53,257 nucleotides of DNA, from the NCBI GenBank assembly GCA_016181465.1, contig JACOZG010000021.1, positions 1 to 53,257 of the forward strand, written 5' to 3'. Source of the stretch: Candidatus Vogelbacteria bacterium. Lineage in GTDB: Bacteria; Patescibacteriota; Minisyncoccia; Phycocordibacterales; JACOZG01. This document shows, in pieces, positions 48,928 through 53,257 of this stretch; within the stretch, counting starts at the first letter, position 1; each line of letters begins with the position of its first letter. The position numbers were made by a program, and so were the translations under genes. The notes below the pieces were generated by a model that was given only the letters and a program-made list of their open reading frames with translations, was not told where the DNA came from and did not search any database.

Positions 48928-49719
48928 ATGAAAAACATGCCATCAAACAATTTAAAGATTGTAATATTCATCGTCGCGCTCGTCGGCTTGCTCCAAATTC
49001 TGCCTGACCCAAAACCGAGCAACGCCCCGCCGGCCGGGGCACCGCTACTGAACTCAACGCCGATCGAATTGGAAAAAACCGAAACCGAAATTGCCTTGCC
49101 GATTCCCCGCGAGGAGATCATAAACATGCTCATCACAGCCGGCGTTGTTGATCCTGACAAAATCGATGTTGAAAGATTAACTGACTTGCATCTCTTATGG
49201 GCTTTTGGGCTGGCCAACAAAAATCCGATTTTGGAAACCGGACCGATGATGGACCAGCGCTACGGCGGCGCGGGACGATTTGCCTCCACCGGCGGCTGGA
49301 CGCTGGCCAAAGGAAATGCGATGGATCATTACGGCGCGCATCAATTTGTCATTCTCACCGCCGAACAGCAAACTCTGGTCGAAAAACTGGCGAAAAACAT
49401 TTACCGGCCGTGTTGCGATAACGCCACTTATTTTCCGGATTGCAATCACGGCATGGCCATGCTCGGACTCCTTGAGTTGCTAGCGGCCAATGGCGCGAGC
49501 GAGGAGGAAATGTGGCAAACGGCGCTCACCGCCAACCGGCTCTGGTTCCCGGATGCCTACGCGACGATTGATGAATACTTGAGCAAGAACGGGAAAAATC
49601 CTGCAACGGTTCCGCCTCAAGAAATTCTCGGCGTGGCCTACTCCAGCGCTTCCGGTTACCAACGCGTTTTAGCAGCGGTCAAACCGCCAACCAGCGGCGG
49701 CGCCAGTTGCGGCGTATGA
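48928..49719 (+). CDS. Exported Cys-motif protein
   Basis: YRPCC..PDCNHG. Confidence 0.75.
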   Translation: MKNMPSNNLKIVIFIVALVGLLQILPDPKPSNAPPAGAPLLNSTPIELEKTETEIALPIPREEIINMLITAGVVDPDKIDVERLTDLHLLWAFGLANKNPILETGPMMDQRYGGAGRFASTGGWTLAKGNAMDHYGAHQFVILTAEQQTLVEKLAKNIYRPCCDNATYFPDCNHGMAMLGLLELLAANGASEEEMWQTALTANRLWFPDAYATIDEYLSKNGKNPATVPPQEILGVAYSSASGYQRVLAAVKPPTSGGASCGV

Positions 49720-50138
49720 TAAAATACCTTTACGGAATCAGCGCGGGCGGAGCTCTGTTCGGACTCTACTGGCTAATCGTCAGTTTAATTTCCGGCTGGG
49801 AGTTCGCTGTGATCCAATTCAGCGCTTACTGGTACTTCATCGTTGCTCTCGCCGCCGGCTTCGGTCTCCAGATCGGATTATACCGCCATTTGCAGGCACT
49901 GATCGCCGGCCGAAAAGCAACGGGCCGGGTCGTCGCCGTCTCCGGCGCCACCTCGACTGTCGCCATGCTTTCTTGTTGCGCTCACTACCTAACGAATGTC
50001 CTACCGGTAATCGCGACTGCTGGCGTTATCAGCTTAATCGGCCAATACCAAATTGAACTGTTCTGGCTCGGTCTGGCCCTTAATCTCGCCGGACTTGGCT
50101 ACATTATCAGACAAATAATTAAATTTCGCCGTTCATGA
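49716..50138 (+). CDS. Membrane protein with SCCAH motif
   Basis: TM segments, MLSCCAHY. Confidence 0.75.
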   Translation: MIKYLYGISAGGALFGLYWLIVSLISGWEFAVIQFSAYWYFIVALAAGFGLQIGLYRHLQALIAGRKATGRVVAVSGATSTVAMLSCCAHYLTNVLPVIATAGVISLIGQYQIELFWLGLALNLAGLGYIIRQIIKFRRS

Positions 50139-50545
50139 AGTACTTAATCATTATTTTAGCGCTTATCGCCGTTCTGTCGTTCTTCTGGCTGAAACAAGAG
50201 GCGATAACGCCTACAAACCTCGAGACGAAAACGACGAGCGAAGGCGGGGTTACGATTGCTGTCACGCCGCAAATGCTCGACGAGACCAAATTTCGTTTTC
50301 GTATTACCCTTGATACTCACGCCGGAGAACTTGACACTGATCTGACGCAAGTCTCGACTCTCATTGACGACCAGGGTCGGATCTATAAACCAACCGGTTG
50401 GGAGGGTGACCCGCCGGGCGGACATCATCGCGAGGGAGTGCTCGCCTTTGGTCCAATTGCATCGGTCTCGCAGACTCTGCAGCTGACCATCCGGCAAATC
50501 GAGGGTGTGCCCGAGCGGCAGTTTGTGTGGATAACGAATCCTTGA
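50135..50545 (+). CDS. Exported hypothetical protein
   Basis: Signal peptide, LDTH..GGHH. Confidence 0.75.
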   Translation: MKYLIIILALIAVLSFFWLKQEAITPTNLETKTTSEGGVTIAVTPQMLDETKFRFRITLDTHAGELDTDLTQVSTLIDDQGRIYKPTGWEGDPPGGHHREGVLAFGPIASVSQTLQLTIRQIEGVPERQFVWITNP

Positions 50546-50677
50546 TACTTGAAAATCAATCAAAAATCTAACCACTCTCTCACGGTCGGAAATAGTTGGT
50601 TACATTTATTATTCAAGGTCAATATCGTAAGAGGTCGATTATTTGGAACTATTACGGTCGCTTTACCCTTAAGTTAG

Positions 50678-51454
50678 TTGATGCTAAAGTCAAAATACGA
50701 AAAAAGTAATAGTAATAATTGCGCTTACATGAAGTCAGTAGTAGATGTCGTTGGAGAAATTCGAAAATCACAATCAGCGAATTTTCATCGCGGTAAATCT
50801 TGGGAATATTGTTATGCTTTTTTTAGAAATCATGAAAAATTTAGTGATAATGAGAAACTTCTAGATTTTGCTGCTCTACATCTAGGTTTTTTCCTTGCCA
50901 GTTGGGGAATGTTTCGAGGTTCAAGTTTCTTACTACAAAAAGATTATAAATTTTATATTTCAATTGTTGAAATTCTTACAGATTCAGAATATAACAGACT
51001 GTGGGATATTGATTTTTTGAACAAATCGAAAGAGCAAAATCAAGATGTTGATTTGCTATTTCGACTTAAAGAAGAACTGGAAAATAAAATTATCGAAAAT
51101 AATACAAAAGATAAAGACGGAGGACATGAAATGAATTTGATCATAACGAAAATAATAATGGCGACTATGGGATGTGTCCCTGGATACGACAAATATTTCA
51201 AAGGTGGATTAAAAAATTGGTTAAATGAAAAAGAAAAATTTCAAAAAGAAGAAATTAGGAGATACCTTAATTTTAAAAAAGATTCGTTTAAAAATTTATT
51301 AAATCTAGTAAATGAAAATAATAAACTCAAAAATATATGCGACTCGAAACAATATCTTAAAAAAACAAGAGTTGAATACCCACCAATGAAATTACTAGAT
51401 TTGTTTTTTTGGCTTATAGGACGTGAAATGGTTATTAGCAAGGTGTCGCCTTGA
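50678..51454 (+). CDS. AT-rich hypothetical protein
   Basis: 258-aa ORF, LASWGMFRGSSFLL, GCVPGYD; start uncertain. Confidence 0.7.
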   Translation: MMLKSKYEKSNSNNCAYMKSVVDVVGEIRKSQSANFHRGKSWEYCYAFFRNHEKFSDNEKLLDFAALHLGFFLASWGMFRGSSFLLQKDYKFYISIVEILTDSEYNRLWDIDFLNKSKEQNQDVDLLFRLKEELENKIIENNTKDKDGGHEMNLIITKIIMATMGCVPGYDKYFKGGLKNWLNEKEKFQKEEIRRYLNFKKDSFKNLLNLVNENNKLKNICDSKQYLKKTRVEYPPMKLLDLFFWLIGREMVISKVSP

Positions 51455-51466
51455 CATGAAAAAATT

Positions 51467-52113
51467 ATGGAAAGGAATCACCACTCGTTAGCTATTTTTG
51501 AGAATTTCAGAATTCGTCGCCACTATGATGAGAAACAGGAAACTTGGTATTTTTCTGTGATTGATATTATTGCGGCCTTGACGGAACAGTTGGACTATAA
51601 TCGTGCTAAAACTTATTGGACAACACTCAAAAATCGCTTAAAAAATGAGGGGAGTGAAGTGGTCACAAAATGTGACCGGTTGAAAATGTTGGCTCAAGAT
51701 GGAAAAAAGCGCGAAACCGATGTGGCAAATGTAGAAACAAACTGACGGATTATTGGAGCGAACACAACGTGAAAAAAGGAGAAGAATTTGCCATCCTCAC
51801 AAATATCATTCACGAAGAGTGGAGCGAATTATCGGTAAAAAATCACAAAAATCTGAAAGGTTTGAAAACGCAGAATCTTCGTGACCATATGAGTGAAGAA
51901 GAATTGATTTTCACTGCCTTGGCGGAACTTTCTACCAGAAGAATTGCGGAGACGGACAAAACGGAAGGGTTGGAGGAAAATAAAATTCCGGCAAAGAAAG
52001 GCGGAGAAATTGCCAAAAATGCGCGGCTAGCGCTTGAAGAAAAAACCGGAAAATCTGTTATAACAGGAGAAAATTACTTGCCAAAGAAGAAAATCGCCAA
52101 AATCCTTCAGTGA
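51467..52113 (+). pseudogene. Bro-N domain protein split by an internal deletion
   Basis: WYFSVIDII..DGKKRETD fragment and QNLRDHM..AKKGG fragment in different frames. Confidence 0.75.
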
Positions 52114-52130
52114 TTATCCACAGCCAGTGT

Positions 52131-52159
52131 TTGACAGATAGGATATAGGGGTATATGGT
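52131..52159 (+). promoter_or_regulatory. csoR promoter with a probable operator in the spacer
   Basis: TTGACA-17-TATGGT; TAGGGGTAT G-tract resembles a CsoR operator half-site. Confidence 0.6.
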
Positions 52160-52165
52160 TCACTT

Positions 52166-52438
52166 ATGGTAGACCAAAAGATAAAGAAGCGGGCGATCCA
52201 TCGCGCGAAGATCATTCGCGGTCAGTTAGGCGGTCTGATCAAAGCGATTGAGAAAGAGGACTATTGTCCCGAACTCTTGGGGCAGTCCCTCTCCATTCAA
52301 AGGTCACTCAAGAGTCTTGACGCTTTCCTGCTCGAGAATCATTTGCGAACGCATGTTAAGCACCAAATGCGACATTCGGGAGAGGAAGAGAAAGCGATCA
52401 AAGAATTAATCAAGGTGTACACATTGTCAAATAAATAA
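52166..52438 (+). CDS. csoR: CsoR/RcnR-family metal-sensing repressor
   Basis: R..IRGQ..DYCPELLGQ..LENHLRTH; upstream of the heavy-metal ATPase. Confidence 0.85.
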   Translation: MVDQKIKKRAIHRAKIIRGQLGGLIKAIEKEDYCPELLGQSLSIQRSLKSLDAFLLENHLRTHVKHQMRHSGEEEKAIKELIKVYTLSNK

Positions 52439-52446
52439 AGGTAATT

Positions 52447-52620
52447 ATGTTTAACTTTTTGAAGAAAAAATGCCCGGTCTGTAAAATGGGGTTGGAAAAA
52501 GGAAAAGTTTACCCCGAAGGGTTCGGCAAAAAGTTTTGTTCGGAAAATTGCAAAGAGGACTTTCGGAAGCAGTTAGCCAAAGAACAATCACGGCCGGCTC
52601 GCGGCGGTTGTTGTCATTAA
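52447..52620 (+). CDS. Small YHS/TRASH-like metal-binding protein (57 aa)
   Basis: CPVCKM..FCSENC..GGCCH; not in the ORF track. Confidence 0.75.
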   Translation: MFNFLKKKCPVCKMGLEKGKVYPEGFGKKFCSENCKEDFRKQLAKEQSRPARGGCCH

Positions 52621-52694
52621 AAGCGAAGCCCCGTACCGAACTTTGTTCTGGTGCGGGGGTTGAAAATTAATAATTAACTTTGATTAAAAATCAA

Positions 52695-52892
52695 ATGAAT
52701 CAAAATCTAAACAATCTGGACAGGACTTTGCGGTTTGCGCTGGCCGTATGGTGGCTTGGCCCGTTGGCTCCGACCTTTGACGTCGAATGGGGCAACTGGC
52801 TCATTGCGGCCATAGGTTGGATTGCGCTCGTTGAAAGTTTCTTTAGTTGGTGCGGGCTCCATAGTCTATTCGGCATTAACAACAAAAATTAA
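52695..52892 (+). CDS. DUF2892/YgaP-like membrane protein
   Basis: NLNNLDRTLR..WCGLHSLFGI. Confidence 0.75.
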   Translation: MNQNLNNLDRTLRFALAVWWLGPLAPTFDVEWGNWLIAAIGWIALVESFFSWCGLHSLFGINNKN

Positions 52893-52941
52893 AAATTACT
52901 ACTATGCTTTCACTAAAACGATACAGCTGGCTCTGCGTGGT

Positions 52942-53257
52942 ATGAAAAAAGATTTTTTGGCGCTGAAAGTCATCGGCCTGGGTTCTCCCCACTGCGCCAT
53001 GATTGTGGAAAAGGCAATAAAGACCCTGCCGGGAATTGAAAAAGTGGAGATTGATTACAGCAACAGTCGGACCAGGGTGGTTTTTGATTCGGGAAAAGTC
53101 AGCGAGCGGGAAATTGAAAAAGTCATTGACGACGCCGGCTACGAAGCGATCCGGGAGACCTCCGAAGCCGGAAACCTTCTGGAGCGGGAAAAACAGGAAA
53201 GAGAAAATGAATTGTCGGTCTTGAAAAAACAAATACTGGTTGGCGCGATTCTCTCGG
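52942..53257 (+). CDS. Heavy-metal P-type ATPase N-terminus (partial, runs off the window)
   Basis: HMA-like LKVIGLGSPHCAMIVEKAI..AGYE, then ER..ELSVLKK linker into a TM segment. Confidence 0.75.
   Translation, partial: MKKDFLALKVIGLGSPHCAMIVEKAIKTLPGIEKVEIDYSNSRTRVVFDSGKVSEREIEKVIDDAGYEAIRETSEAGNLLEREKQERENELSVLKKQILVGAILS

Overview
Chromosomal segment of a small-genome bacterium. Gene content and style point to Patescibacteria/CPR, Parcubacteria-like (inference; standard code 11). The backbone carries pyrG, ftsE/ftsX, prfB, lepB, gatC/gatA, ligA, a type IV pilus/competence locus (pilM-N-O, pilB, response regulator, pilT, pilC, major and minor pilins, pilD, comF), recG, smpB-tmRNA, ftsH and a CsoR/CopA metal-thiol cluster. 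There are eight tRNAs, including an unusual tRNA-Ile(UAU). Four non-obvious layers sit on this backbone. (1) A RAYT transposase is flanked by CAAGG-N5-CCTTG REP palindromes, and related elements sit as in-frame inverted doublets inside gatA, gatC and ligA. (2) An apparent cassette array at the tmRNA 3' end (and one unit at tRNA-Gln) has units that start with a headless, synonymously conserved C-terminal peptide tail, followed by a terminator and convergent orphan cargo. (3) Two antitoxin-less RNase genes (MazF-like, NYN) each face a convergent, promoter-driven small structured RNA. (4) A stand-alone structured ncRNA candidate of about 190 nt. Several genes show clean internal deletions. All calls come from reading the sequence; no searches were run.
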